Position numbers and translations under genes: made by a program. Shown piece by piece: positions 26,720 to 39,100 of a stretch of 64,000 nucleotides of DNA. The stretch spans positions 2,055,710 through 2,119,709 of the forward strand of contig NW_003314264.1 in the NCBI RefSeq assembly GCF_000143415.4. Reading direction: 5' to 3'. Numbering within the stretch: position 1 is the stretch's first letter; each line of letters starts with the position of its first letter. Under the pieces are notes generated by a model. It was not told the origin of the DNA. It saw only the letters and a program-made list of their open reading frames with translations, and did no database searches. The stretch comes from Selaginella moellendorffii (lineage: Eukaryota; Plantae; Lycopodiophyta).

Positions 26720-27298
26720 TCAGACTCGAACTCGGACTCGGACTCGGACTCAGACTCGGACTCGGACTCGGACTCGGACTCGGACTCAGACTCAGACTCG
26801 GACTCGGGCTCGGGCTCGGTCTCAGCCTTGGCCTTGGTCTCGGTCTCGGTCCCGGTCCCGGTCTCGGTCTCAGTCCCGGTCCCGGTCTCGGTCTCGATCC
26901 CGGTCTCGGTCTCGGTCTTGATCTCGGTCCCGGTCTCGGTCTCGACATCGGACTCCATCTTGAGTCCTTCTCGGACTCCATCTTGGACTCCATCTTGGAC
27001 TCCGTCTCGGTCCATCTAGGACTCCATCTCGGACTCCGTCTCGGTCCGTCTTAGACTCCATCTCGGGTCCATCTTGGACTCCGTCTCGGTCCACCTCGGA
27101 CTCCATCTCGGACTCCATCTCGTGTGCATCTCAGACTCCATCTCGGACTCCATCTCGGGTCCATCTCGGACTCCGTCTTGGTCCACCTCGGACTCCACTT
27201 CGGGTCCATCTCGGACTCCATATCGGACTCCATCTCGGACTCCACTTTGGGTCCATCTCGGACTCCAACTAGGGTCCGCCTCGGACTCCATCTCGGAC
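26720..27298 (-). repeat. Tandem array in the A2 5' LTR
   Basis: Same units as the partner LTR with a different copy number. Confidence 0.9.
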
Positions 27299-28522
27299 AC
27301 TTCCACGTATCATGTGTTGGTCCTTTTTGGGTCCCTTTTTGGAGCCTTGCTTATTGCTCACTTCGTGCTCGCTCCTTGAGCACTTTGTTGGGAGTTCCAC
27401 TCCCGCTCTCGACCTTCCAAGTCAAAGCTTTTAGTCCAAACGTGTTACACTCGTTTGGGCTTTCGCTTCGGCCACTACCACGTGGCACCCTTTCTGGCTC
27501 CACTTTGGGGCCTAGGGATTTTGTGTCTCACAAGCATTAGATAAGGCCCAAGGGACTATGTCCCTAACGAATGATGGATAGGAGGTGCTATCCAAATGTC
27601 CAAGGTTCTGAAGATGGGAGAAATCTGTCTACCCGATTTGGACATAGCCAAAAATGGGATTTTGGCAAGGCTAGTGATAGGCATATAGAGGCCCATAAGT
27701 AGCAACATAAATCCCGATGTATGGGATTATAAGGTGAGCATGCTCAAATTAAGGAACCACTCCCTAAGTTATTGGGTAAGTTCATCCTTATGAATACTTG
27801 CTAAGGCATAGTAAAAGGTGCAAAGCTGTCCTCCTAGTCTGGAGGAGAATAACCAAGGGAAACATATAAGGCCAAAGGGCAAGTAGTATTGGGATGGAAC
27901 GGAACCATAGAAATTTAAGGACATAACCAACGGTGGTTATGCAAGTTGGGAGTGGAGAATCAAGAGAGTGCTCAAGGATGTTACTACTAGCAATTGCAAT
28001 GCCATGGAGAGTCTAAAATATGGAATTACCCATGTTAGACCATGTGGTGAGTAGGGAGCTTGCAAAGGAGAAGCCTTAGCAAGCTAAGGAACAGAATTCC
28101 TTGAAGGTTCCCAAAGACAGATAAGTACATAGAAAGCCAAGTGTAAATGGTTCCTAGAGCACGCGAAATCAGAGTGGCGCAGCAAAAGCGTGGTCTTGAT
28201 GCTGGCCATGAGGCGAGACTATCAAGGTTGGGGAAGTAGTTCCCTAGTGTTCAAAGAGAGGGCTTTGAATGAAAGTTGATGATTAAGGACTTTCACGCTT
28301 ATGCATAAACCATGTTATGATGGCCGGATGACTTGCTAAGTGAGATTGGCAAGTTAGGGGAACAAATCCCCTAGTTGAAGGTGCTAACTTCAAAGGGGTG
28401 GCCCATGGGGCCGAGCATGGAGGAGTCCATGCATGATCACAGACTTGTCATGTGAGAGGACTTGGCAGTGCGGAGGAACTAGGTTCCTAAGCTGTGATCT
28501 ATAGCACACTTTAAGTACATGT

Positions 28523-28750
28523 TGGTGCACCGGCGTGGGGAGTCACACCAGGCATCCGATGTGATGCCATCCGTAGATGCATATACGGAGGTTGGGTTCG
28601 AGTCCCAACCTTCTAGTGCTTGGGTTCGAGTCCCAAATCACTAGGGCGTGGTGATGGTTTGGAATATGAGGACACTCATATTTCGGTGGTCATGGACACT
28701 CAGTGAGGAGACTGGTTTGGGCACACCGCCAAGCGAGGGATGCCTCGGAG
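28523..28750 (+). ncRNA. Structured T-loop element, A1 copy
   Basis: GGTTGGG-TTCGAGT-CCCAACC at 28590-28610 and CTAGTG..TTGGG-TTCGAGT-CCCAA..CACTAG at 28613-28644. Confidence 0.55.
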
Positions 28751-30334
28751 TCGTGATGCACAGTTAGATTGCTTAGAGTGAAAGCTCGGCATATCTAACT
28801 TGAACACTTTGGTGCAAAGGGCACCAAGGACGTGGTGAATGAGATGGGGACACTAAAGTCTCAATTGCTATGGATCCTTGGCTAGAAGGGCTGGCTTGGG
28901 CGCACCGCCAAGTGTGGGGGATGCCCCCGGGGTCATAGTCAACAACTTAGAAGGGTTTGGAAGACCTAATTCCTATTGATAGACCTATTAAGGGGTCAAG
29001 ATGAGATCACTAGGTGATCTTGTGGCTAAACAAAGACAAAGTCTTTGTTTGGGTTAAGGAATATGATTCCTAATTTAAAGTGTTGATTTGAACTATTGAT
29101 AAAGGTGTGGCTTGGGCAAGGTGACCAAGTGGGAAGAACACCTAAGGGGAATGAGATATGTCAATGCTATGGCATAGTAAGTCCAAAGAAAGTAGTCTCT
29201 ATAAAAGATCCAAGGGGGGGTCTCAAAAAGTTGGGCCGTGATAGAGCCCACGACAGAAAATGTTAAAGAGACGTACTAGGGGTGAACACCCTCTGGACTT
29301 GGCAAAGCAAAGTGTTTGTTATGGAACCGAAAGGAAACCTCAAAAATGGAAGTAGCGATCCTATGTTGCTGGGGGCGACAATCAAGGATAGGAGCAAAAA
29401 GCTAGTGGCTAAGAAAAGAGCCATGGGAATCATGGGAAAGAATCCAAATGGCAAAGTTAGGCCGAGAACACTAATATGTTGGGTGCTAATGGATTGTGGG
29501 AAAGGCAATATTTCCCTAAGGATGGATTCCCAACTGCTTCAATTTAGCAAAAGTGGATGCTCTAAAGGGGGGAGCGGTAAGGTGGCCAAATAATAGGGCC
29601 GTGGGCAGCCCTAACACCAATTATGATAACTAGAACTTAGTGCCAAAGTTGGCACGATATCGAAGAGAGGATGATAGTACCCTCAAGTAAAGAACTTCCT
29701 AGGATAGGGAAGTGGAGTTGCACCATGTGCAACACAAGGTGTCAGAGACACCTAGGAAATTGACTGTGAGAAGTCAAAATTAAAAGTTCCAAGTGCAAAG
29801 GTTATGTTATGGAATCTGAGACTACTCGAGAATGAGTAGTGGAATTGAGTTAGAGAGGGTGTCTCTACCGAGTTTAGCGGGAACTGAACCAATAAAAGGG
29901 AGCAAACCACCCTATGTGGTCGAGTGAGTCTCTATGTTGGAGAGACTATGCTCCTTAGAGGTTGGACAAGGCATGGTGAGCCTCCGGGGTCAAACCATAG
30001 ACAAATATTGGCTGGGTGACATGGTAATACCTACGGGTGTTACTTTATAAAAGGGTTTACCGTTCGATGAGGACATCAAACTTCGTCTATGGGTGGTGGA
30101 GTTGTGAGACACAAAATCCGTAGGCCCCAAAGTGGATCCGGAAGGGCGCCACGTGGTAGTGGCCGATGCAAAAGCCAAACGAGCATAACACGTTTGGAGT
30201 AAAAGCTCCGACTTGATAGGTCGAGAGCGGGAGTGGAACTCCCAAAAAAGTGCTCGAGGAACAAGCACGAAGTGAGCAATAAGTGAGGCTCTAAAAAGGG
30301 ACCCAAAAGGACCAACACATGACACGTGGAAGTG

Positions 30335-30806
30335 TTCGAGATGGAGTCCGAGATGGACCGAGACAGAGTCCGAGATGGAGTCTGAGGTGGACCGAGACGG
30401 AGTCCGAGGTGGAGTCCAAGATGGAGTCTGAGATGGAGTCCGAGGTGGAGTGCAAGATGGAGTACGAGATGGAGTCTGATGTGGAGTCCGAGATGGAGTC
30501 CGAGATGGAGTCCAAGATGGACCGAGATGGAGTTCGAGATGGACCAAGACGGAGTCCAAGATGGAGTCTGAGGTGGACCGAGACGGAGTCCGAGATGGAG
30601 TCCGAGATGGGCCAAGACGGAGTTCGAGATGGAGTCCAAGATGGAGTCTGAGGTGGACCGAGACGGAGTCCGAGATGGAGTCCGAGATGGACCAAGACGG
30701 AGTTCGAGATGGAGTCCAAGATGGACCGAGACGGAGTCCGAGATGGAGTCCGAGATGGAGTCCGAGAAGGACCCGAGATGGAGTCTGAGGTCAAGACCAA
30801 GACTGG

Positions 30807-30837
<31 letters not shown>

Positions 30838-30921
30838 GCCGAGGCGGAGGCCGAGATCGAGTCCAAGTCCAAGCCTGAGTCCGAGTTCGAGTCCGAGTCT
30901 GAGTTCGAGTTCGAGTCTGAG
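30335..30921 (+). repeat. Tandem array in the A1 3' LTR
   Basis: GAGATGGAGTCC units, with higher-order duplications. Confidence 0.9.
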
Positions 30922-33125
30922 AGGGTGAAAGCCCAAAGCGTTCGTCTCCCAGACCCTAGGGGGTTTGGTGAGCTCCAAAAGTATAGTGAGGGGGAGGACT
31001 GCAATGGAGCTAGTTTGGCTAAGAAAGGCCAGTTTGGCCCAGGAAGGCCAGACCCAGTGTTGGGTGATGAACTGACCACTAGGAAGTTCAAGACTAGAGT
31101 GAATATGGACTAACAAGTGGGGTAGCTTGGTGAAGTATTCAAGAGCCGGTTCTAGTTCCCCTGGGAGATCGACTGGCCGATGCTCCCAGTCCAAGTGTGG
31201 GTGGCACTACCTACTTGGATACCAGGCGTGGCTCAACAGAACCTTGCTCTAAGCCCATGGCTAGAGCACCTAAAGGTGGAAGGTGGGGAGAGTACCCACG
31301 GGGCTCGCGTAGGCACACAATATTCCGAAATGTTGTCCCAGAGTCCCAAATGAGGGAAAGGAGGAGGAGCGGTCCTCTAGTGTAGTGACTAAGGATATGG
31401 TCACATTGTGAGGAAGTCCCGGAGGACCATGGGACTTAGTGGTCGGGCCTGTGGGCCTTGATCTAGTGGCAGTGGCAGCGAACATGGCCATGGACAAAAA
31501 AGGGACTTGGTAGGAACTGACAAAGGGATATTGGGGAAGGCTATTCCCCATGTCTGTGGGCATCCTAAGGATGCTAAGGAGTGGATCTAGGTTGACCACT
31601 CGTGGACGGATGGCCCAGTTTTGGAAAGACGGGATTGTGATGCAAGTGGTATTGGACCACTAGTGCGGCAAAGGTGAATGGGTATGGCCTTAGCGTAACA
31701 GGCTGCTATGTCAGTGGTATCTTTGAGTGTCGGTCATGGGATCGGACATGTGGAGCACTTGGACCAAGTGCAAGGGTTGAGTGGCGGGGATGCCATCCTC
31801 GGGGCTAGCAAGCCCAAGTCTGAAAAAGGACTTATGGAGGTTGTGAGTGAGACTCCTCCAAATGGTCGGAGGTGTGGTTAAGTGACTAAAGTAGAATGGA
31901 AATATTAGTCGCTTACAACAAGCTCAAAACTTACTAAATATGGAATGTCCCTAGATTGTGAATTTTGACACAGGACGAACACCATTGTGTTCAGGCCGAT
32001 CTCTACATTCCGTAGATATGCCAAATGAGCAAATCTGAACACTTTCCATAAATAGCATTTAGGACCGAAATGAGACTAACACAAAGGGCATGATAGCGAG
32101 GGTGTTTGGCTGACACGGTAAGCTATTATCTAGCAATATTGACGGACCAATCTCAATACGCGAGGGTTCTTGTCATTAGCAAGTGCAAGACAAAATGAGA
32201 CAGGAACTCCTTACGGGGCTAAGTATGCTTAGCTAATAACACGTAAGAATTCCGTCCTTATGGTCGTTTGGTCTAAGTACACTCGAAATGCCTAGTTAAC
32301 TCTACTAGCACAAGAGGGACTAATAAAGGGTCCAGCAATACTGACCTCCTGCCATCGTGGCAGTAAGGTAAGAGTGTTCGTAAGGACTGGCCAACAGATA
32401 ACTTTCGATACCCGAAGTCACATTTGTGACACTTACTCTCTTGATACCCTACCCCTCAGGTCAAGCCTAGCCGGAGCACACTAAACCCTTGCCAGATATC
32501 AATCAACATGTGGTGTGATTCTCTAGCCAACAAACAGAGTCGGATTCGAGACCTCTTTGATACCAAATGTAAGCTCCTAAATTTAGACTTCCCGAGAAGT
32601 CACCCAGCCCAGTACTATTCAAACCCAAGAACGCTCAACCTTAAATATCGCAAGACCCTTAACCCATTGGAAAAGGGGGTGCACTCTTTATTCATAGGCC
32701 TTTTTCTTCTATATTTGAACCTTTATGGATCGCCTCTCGAATCGTTCTTTTTAGTTGCTTACATCAGTCCCCTAAATAGTTCCTAAGTACATACCACTGT
32801 CCCCACCGATTTTCAAAGGAGTGAATAACTATAAAGTGATGGATGATATGGGGGATTACTTTTGAGCATTACAGTTACCAAGCTCAAAAAAGGTCTCATA
32901 TACAAAACTATATTTAGCAGATAATACTAAATTTTGGTGAAGAACAACAAAGGTAAACAAAAGATTGGTGGCCACTTAAGAAGTGATGAAAGCAAAGATC
33001 CACACAATCTATATTCCTTTGAATGCTACTTTGCACCTAAGGGATGAGATAAGTAGGTTAAAGGAAACATGAACCATTCAAAAATATGAATATTCTAGGA
33101 ATATACTCCTATGTGCTCCTAAAAA

Positions 33126-36100
33126 TGGCATGCGGCCCCACGCCATTCAAGAGATAACGCCAGATGACGCCGAGCATTTTTTGGTGCATTTTTTGGGATC
33201 AAAATTGCATGAGCCCACACGCTTGAACGTCACATCAAATCCTCTGACAATTTATTTAGCTGAACATCTGGCATTTTTGGAAATACAAGATGCTTTGGAA
33301 TATCCAATCATGCATGGTATAAATATAGCGAGGGTATTAAATGATATTCCAATCATGATCTTTCTTTTGGATTTCGCGTGCATGCAGTCCGAGGAATGAT
33401 GACGTTGCGGATTTCTTTTGGATTTCACGCATGCGCGCGCTGATCCAGAAATTAATGGTGGCGCCCAAGTCCGAGGAATGATGACGTGGCGGGATTACCA
33501 ACCGTCGTGACATTTCGCGCGTGTGAGGTTAGGTTTTGCATTTTGCTTCGTACTCGCGCTCGCATCGCGCTCCCACTTCTCTACAGGTTTCTCGTGTGCA
33601 TCGGCGTCCACTCGCGCTTGCATCGCGCTCGTGTGCATCGGCGTCCACTTCAAGACACACCCAGTTTGTAACTTCGCCGCCAACTCCGCCGCCCACTCCG
33701 CCACCCACACACAGCCCACTTGGCGTCCCGAGAGATTTCAGCGCCACTCTCCAACTTTAAGTGGCAGAGTAGCCTTGCTGCTACGATCCGCTGCACACAC
33801 AGTGCACATTCGCTAGCGAGTCCGGTTGTCACGCCTCCATTCGGCTTCAAATGGTAAGTCTTTTAGGCCAAGTAGAAAATGGCATGAGGCCACATGCCAT
33901 TTAGTAGCAACATTGGCATGCACCGATTGGGCTCTCGAGTGCAGTCCGGTTACAGATGGCGTGTAGCCTCACGCCATCTTAGGATGCAGCCTCAAGACAT
34001 CTGATGCAGTGGTGAATGGCGTGTGGCCTCACGTTATTTCCAGCTACTAGCTTTTTATCTGTCAGCTCTAATTGTTGTGCATTTCTGAACAGGCGAGGAA
34101 TTGCGTTCTTCTTCCAGCCACTGTCAATGTGGATGCAGAGAAGGGGGAGGAGCTCACCAGTTGGACTTTCGGGATGGAAGGCGAGGATCTGAGGCTGTAC
34201 AACACAGATGGTGGGAGAAAAGAATGCATGGGGATCCTCATCCAAGTGACAGACACTCCATGCAGTTCCATGCAAGAATATGGACTGGCACTTGTGGTAG
34301 AGACAGCGTCTGCTTTCAAGATCCACCTTGCACATCCTAGCGGCTTCCCGGAGGGGGGCAGCGGCTATGAGGAATTCCTAGAGGGAGCTAGGGAGAGGTT
34401 GTCCAGGAGGCCCACAATTTCAAAGACGCTGCGGGTCTATGAAGATCACATGGAATCCACGGACCTCACCTACGGCGATGTTCAAAAACTATATTCCAAC
34501 ATTGAGCCGTTGAGAGTGACTCCAGTTCGCGAAGCAAAGGGGAAGGGGGTCAATCTGGAAACTACCTTGAAGCAGAAAAGGGTGGTCAAGCTCAAGCCGA
34601 CGTCCGACTCTCCTGCTCCAAAAAAGAAGCTACTCAGTGATGCCATTGCCTCGGGTTCGAACACTACACCCACCAAAAAGAAGAGCCGCAAAGAGCAGAA
34701 AGAGCAAGAAGAGGCAGCAAAAATCGTCACAGATAATAGTACTTGTTACTATTCCAACAAAGTATATACAATCGACGTGAGCCGTATCGACATCCAAAGC
34801 AAATACAACCACAGGCTAGTATCTGATGAGTGGGTGGAGAAACTGAAGCAGAAGATGCTGGCAAGTCCAGTAACATCCGACATCGCAGACGTGATCCCCT
34901 ACTACCGAACAATGAAGGGCGAGACGAGGTTTCCAGACTTGATCAATAGGAAGGTGTTGGACGATCAGAACATCCGGTTCTATGCCGTCTCCGGGCAGCA
35001 TTCTAGCTTGGCGATGCAAGAGATAGTTGTGGATATTATGGTGGGCGAGGAGGTGAAGAAAGTCTTCAAGACAAGAGTTGTCTGCCTGATAAAAGGCAAC
35101 TCGCCCCTCCAATCTATCATATACATCTCCCACGCGCAGAATGTCAAGCAAGAAACGTGCTACAAATCGGGTCTGCACGAGACATTGGCACAAACACGGA
35201 AGCTCTGGGTTCAACTGAAGAAGCCACAAAAACCAGGACAAGGACGTGCACTAGCAACTAGCGCCTGGTAGATAAGCCTTGTTGCATGTGGCATAGCATG
35301 TGGCCTCACGCCATTTCCATTGCAGGAATTCTCGAGTTTTCTCTCGAAAACACTGGGGGTCAATGACACACTTAGCATCCATAACATTCTACTCGCGACA
35401 AAAGTTGTTTTTGACAAATGGGTAGATGTGCTGAGGAGGTACCATGACGGGGAGTTGCCAAACTCAATGGGTGTGGAGGACGGCCGGAAGCCCAATGATT
35501 TGAAGCTCAACGCCTTGCATTTCTCGCGGTCTCTAGACGACGACGACCTTCTGACAGTGGCTAATGCTCTTCTACGTGGTGAGGTAGTCTTCAACAAGAC
35601 CAAAATGACTCCCGGCCATATTGTGACATACGAGGACTTGTGCACGACTCTGAGAGCTCGTGCGCTATTGAAGGATTGGATCTTCGAGCAAGTGGCCGTG
35701 GAGAGGGTGAGCATCAACACCACGCAAGAGATGATGGAAGCGCTGGAGTTGTCAAATGAAGACATCCACGAGTACGTGAAGGGGGCCCCCAAGTTCATCG
35801 ATTTGCTGCGGGATGCCACGAAAAGTAAAGCTGAGAAGTTGGATCAGTATCCAAATTTCATTAAGATTGATGTCGACCGCCGGCTTCAGAAACAGCTCAA
35901 CCCCGCAGCAGAGGCCTATCGAGAACCTTACCGGGTATACTTGAATTCGGATGAGGATCAAAGGTGGAGGAGCATCGTTTCCCGCGGAGATGAGCAGGTC
36001 AAGAACATCTTTTGTGTGATGGACTTCACAAACGAGGAGATCACTCATGCAGACGAAGTCAGCTCCATCATTGACTTAATGGTGGGACTTGCGGAGGTGG

Positions 36101-39100
36101 AATCTTCAGTCCACTATATGATCTACGACTCCGAATCCTATCACAAGTTCTGGAAGGCCTTGAACGAGGTGAAGGCTCGGTTGAAAGGCAAGGAGATGCG
36201 GGAGATCTATGGGATAATGGCTAAGAAGAAGATACCGACGAATGTCTGCATCTTCACACTCGCCCTTGTTATTGGTTCTGCAGCAGAGTGGGACTGGAGT
36301 GACTTCCCAGCTTCGTTCGACAAGGCCAATCGAATTGATCTGAGGGAGGTCAATTTACCCGTGCCTGAGGAACTGAAGACGGCTATGGAGCTTTCGAATC
36401 CAAAGAAAGCTCCAGGTGCAGCATGGGAAATGCTCAGCTGGGTCTTCAACGCAATAGCGGGTGGGTCACCTGCTTCCGACTCCAAGGGCAAATGCGTTGT
36501 CGAGTACAACTGCGGCGGACTATTCTTTCGAGCCGCACTACTCAAGGGTGTCCCGTGTGTTGCGGTGACAAACTCCATTGAAGAGGTGACTTCAATGGAG
36601 CATATAATTACAGTTGCCAAAGAAAAACAGTATCTTCTCTGCGAACCTGGTGAGTACACACTTTAAGTTTAAATGTTATCTCACAAGCTCTGTATGCAGG
36701 AGCGTGGCCACCCCCAGATGCTGAAACGGCGTTAACAGCTACTGTTGAAGATACCCATGTTGGGCCGAGCTCACAACCTGCACAAGGTAAGGTCACGTGA
36801 GGCCTCACGCCATTTTGATTATAGATTGTTGTGAATATTCAGACACGAGGACTGAAAAGTGCACTGGTGGCGCATCGAAGAAGGACAAACAGACAAGCAA
36901 TAGGAAAAAAGGAGGTACAAATTATATTTGCAATGGCATGTGGTCTCATGCCATTCCTTGCAGGAGAAACTTCTTCAAAGGCAAAACAGGCAAGCACCAG
37001 CCAAGCTCAAACTGACAGTGGTCATAAAAAGCGAAAGCACGTTGGACAGTCGTCGAGATCAGAGGCGTTTGATTCGAAAAGGAAGAAGGGCAACGAAAAG
37101 ATGATAGGTAATGCCTCGCAGTTATGGCGTGTGTGCTCATGCCATTCATTGTAGATCAAGGGCTGAGTGAAAGCAGGCAATCACCACCTCATGACTCAGA
37201 TTCCTATGGCGGACTCCCCTTCCCCAATCTCAATGGAGAGGTACAATGGATGAGGGAAGCTTTTCAAGTCAGGGCCACGTTTTTCTCATCTCGTCGTCTT
37301 TGAAGGGTGCAAGAACGTGCAGAAACCATGTTAAGACAGTCGGGTGAGGATACGGTCCTAGGTCACGCACTAAAACAGGCTATGGATGTCTTGTATTTTG
37401 AGATGGAGACTCGGCCAGATGATTTTCCCAAGATGGTCCTGGAAGAACAAGCCATCCAGCCTGAGCAGCCTATGGAAGAAATGCAGGAGGGGGATGAGGA
37501 GCCAGAGAAAGATAATGAGCAGGAAGAGCAGAAGGACGAAGAGGAGGACAAAGAAGAGGAGGACAAAGAAGAGGAGGACGAAGAGGACTTGGATGGTCCT
37601 CACAATGGTGACAATCACAATAACGACGACGACGATGATGACAACGATGGCCAGCCTGAGGTGGCCAAAGAGCAGCGGAGGAAGGTCATACAAGACAAAC
37701 CATCAGGTAAATAATAGTACATCCATTCCTAACCTTTTACCATTTCTAACATTGTCCATGTAGGTCGCAGAGCAAATGGTAAGTAGAGATTATTCAGTTG
37801 AATTTACAAACTCTAGCCTTTAGTGTTGAGGAAGGATAGTGCCAAGCAAGGGTCGAAACGTATGTCCAATCCTTCAGAATCAGCAGTGTGCCCAAGTGAT
37901 ATCGGTCCTAGTTCCTCAATAGCAGTTGATGGTAAATACAGTATAGTCGATTCAATGTGCTAATGAGTTTATTTTTAGTAGCACGGGAGGATACCATCTC
38001 AATCGAAGGGAGATATTTGGACATGCATATGGATCCGCCAGTGGACTCTACTTGGCTGCAAGAGTCATCAGAGCTGGTGGAGGCTACTATCCATATCAAC
38101 GCCAAGCAAGCTGACCACGCTCCACTTGATGCTGCCCATACCACTGAGTCAATCTTGTCCACGTATCCAACTGACGGTGACCAGGCGTCATTGGACCCAC
38201 ATGAGGCCGCCCCAGCCGCCGAGCCGGTCATATCCTCATTTCCAACGGACTCAACGTGTGCCCAATCGTCTGACTACGCGCCGTTGGAACCTCCCTACAC
38301 CGCCCTTGCTGCCTGTTCGGTCATGTCCACTTTGCCAACGGAGGCACCAGCTGAAATGGCGTGTGATCACACGCCATCGGAACCACCCCATGCCACTGTT
38401 GAGCCAGTTGTACCAGAGTCTACAGCTGAAATGGCATATGCCCACACGCCATCGGATGCGATTGACCCCACATTGCAGAGGAGAGTATTTCCGCCCTTCA
38501 CGTTTCCTCGACCAAAACCCTCTCAACGACCATCGGGAGCAACATTCGCTAATATTGTAGATGGTAAAATTGACTTGTACCATTTTTTATGCTGACGCAT
38601 TTCATTTCAGAGTCACGGCGAAGGTACTGTATCGTTTTTGATCTGAACGGTGTCCTTTTCTCCCATGAGCGTGGCTCGTCCTCGAATGTCATTGCACCCT
38701 CCAAAGCCTGCGGTCGCAAGTTGGTCAAAAGAGACAGATTCACATTAATCACACGGGAGAAACTGCGGGATCTAATAATGACCATGCGACACTTAAAAAA
38801 GAGGGCCGGGTTCAATTTGCAATTGAGAGTTTGGACATCTATGATGCGCCACAATGCATTAACGTTGCTACAGATGATGCACGATCAGACGCGAGTAATA
38901 TTACCATTTGACTTTCTCCTAACGCAGGAGGATTGCTTGACTATGGTCCATGTGAGGGGTAGCAAGCCCATCTTCGTCAAGCCAGAGGCTGTAGTGATGA
39001 ACCGGACTGCTAGCTCAAGTGAAATCCTCATCATCGATGACTCGCCGATTAAAACTGCAGCGAACACGCACACATATGCAGTGCACCCCATCTCTTGCAG

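Larger units (their letters stand above)
19724..27532 (-). mobile_element. Non-autonomous LTR element A2 inserted in the A1 internal region
   Basis: LTRs 25725-27532 (5') and 19724-21623 (3'). Perfect iMet PBS at 25710-25721. PPT at 21624-21637. TSD GGCAT/AGCAT. Internal region is homologous to A1 and has no intact ORF. Confidence 0.92.
9069..31917 (+). mobile_element. Non-autonomous (LARD-like) LTR element A1
   Basis: 5' LTR 9069-18214 (split by B1). PBS TGGTATCAGAG at 18218-18228. Internal 18215-19723 + 27538-30102 has no intact ORF. PPT-like ATGGGTGGTGGAGT before the 3' LTR 30103-31917. TSD ACAAA/ACAAG. Confidence 0.9.
8474..32431 (-). mobile_element. Solo family-C LTR split by A1 into 8474-9068 and 31918-32431
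   Basis: Both pieces are reverse-complement matches to 1446-2590. They join across ACAAA/ACAAG to rebuild ...gtctctgggacaagctcgaaacttac.... Left end is eroded. Confidence 0.85.
1418..32763 (-). mobile_element. TRIM-like miniature LTR element D (~650 bp of own sequence), host of the nested cluster
   Basis: LTR 32568-32763 (TGTAAGCTC...GTTGCTTACA) matches the split LTR 1418-1445 + 8186-8339. PBS TGGTATCAAAG on the minus strand at 32555-32565. Flanks TTAGT (1413-1417) / TCAGT (32764-32768) form a near-perfect TSD. Internal part is only ~270 bp (8340-8473 + 32432-32567). Confidence 0.75.

Noticed and set aside
28590-28644. tRNA gene or tRNA-derived SINE
   Set aside because: Only T-arm/B-box hairpins are present. 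No convincing A-box, anticodon arm, acceptor stem or tail, so it is reported as a structured element instead.
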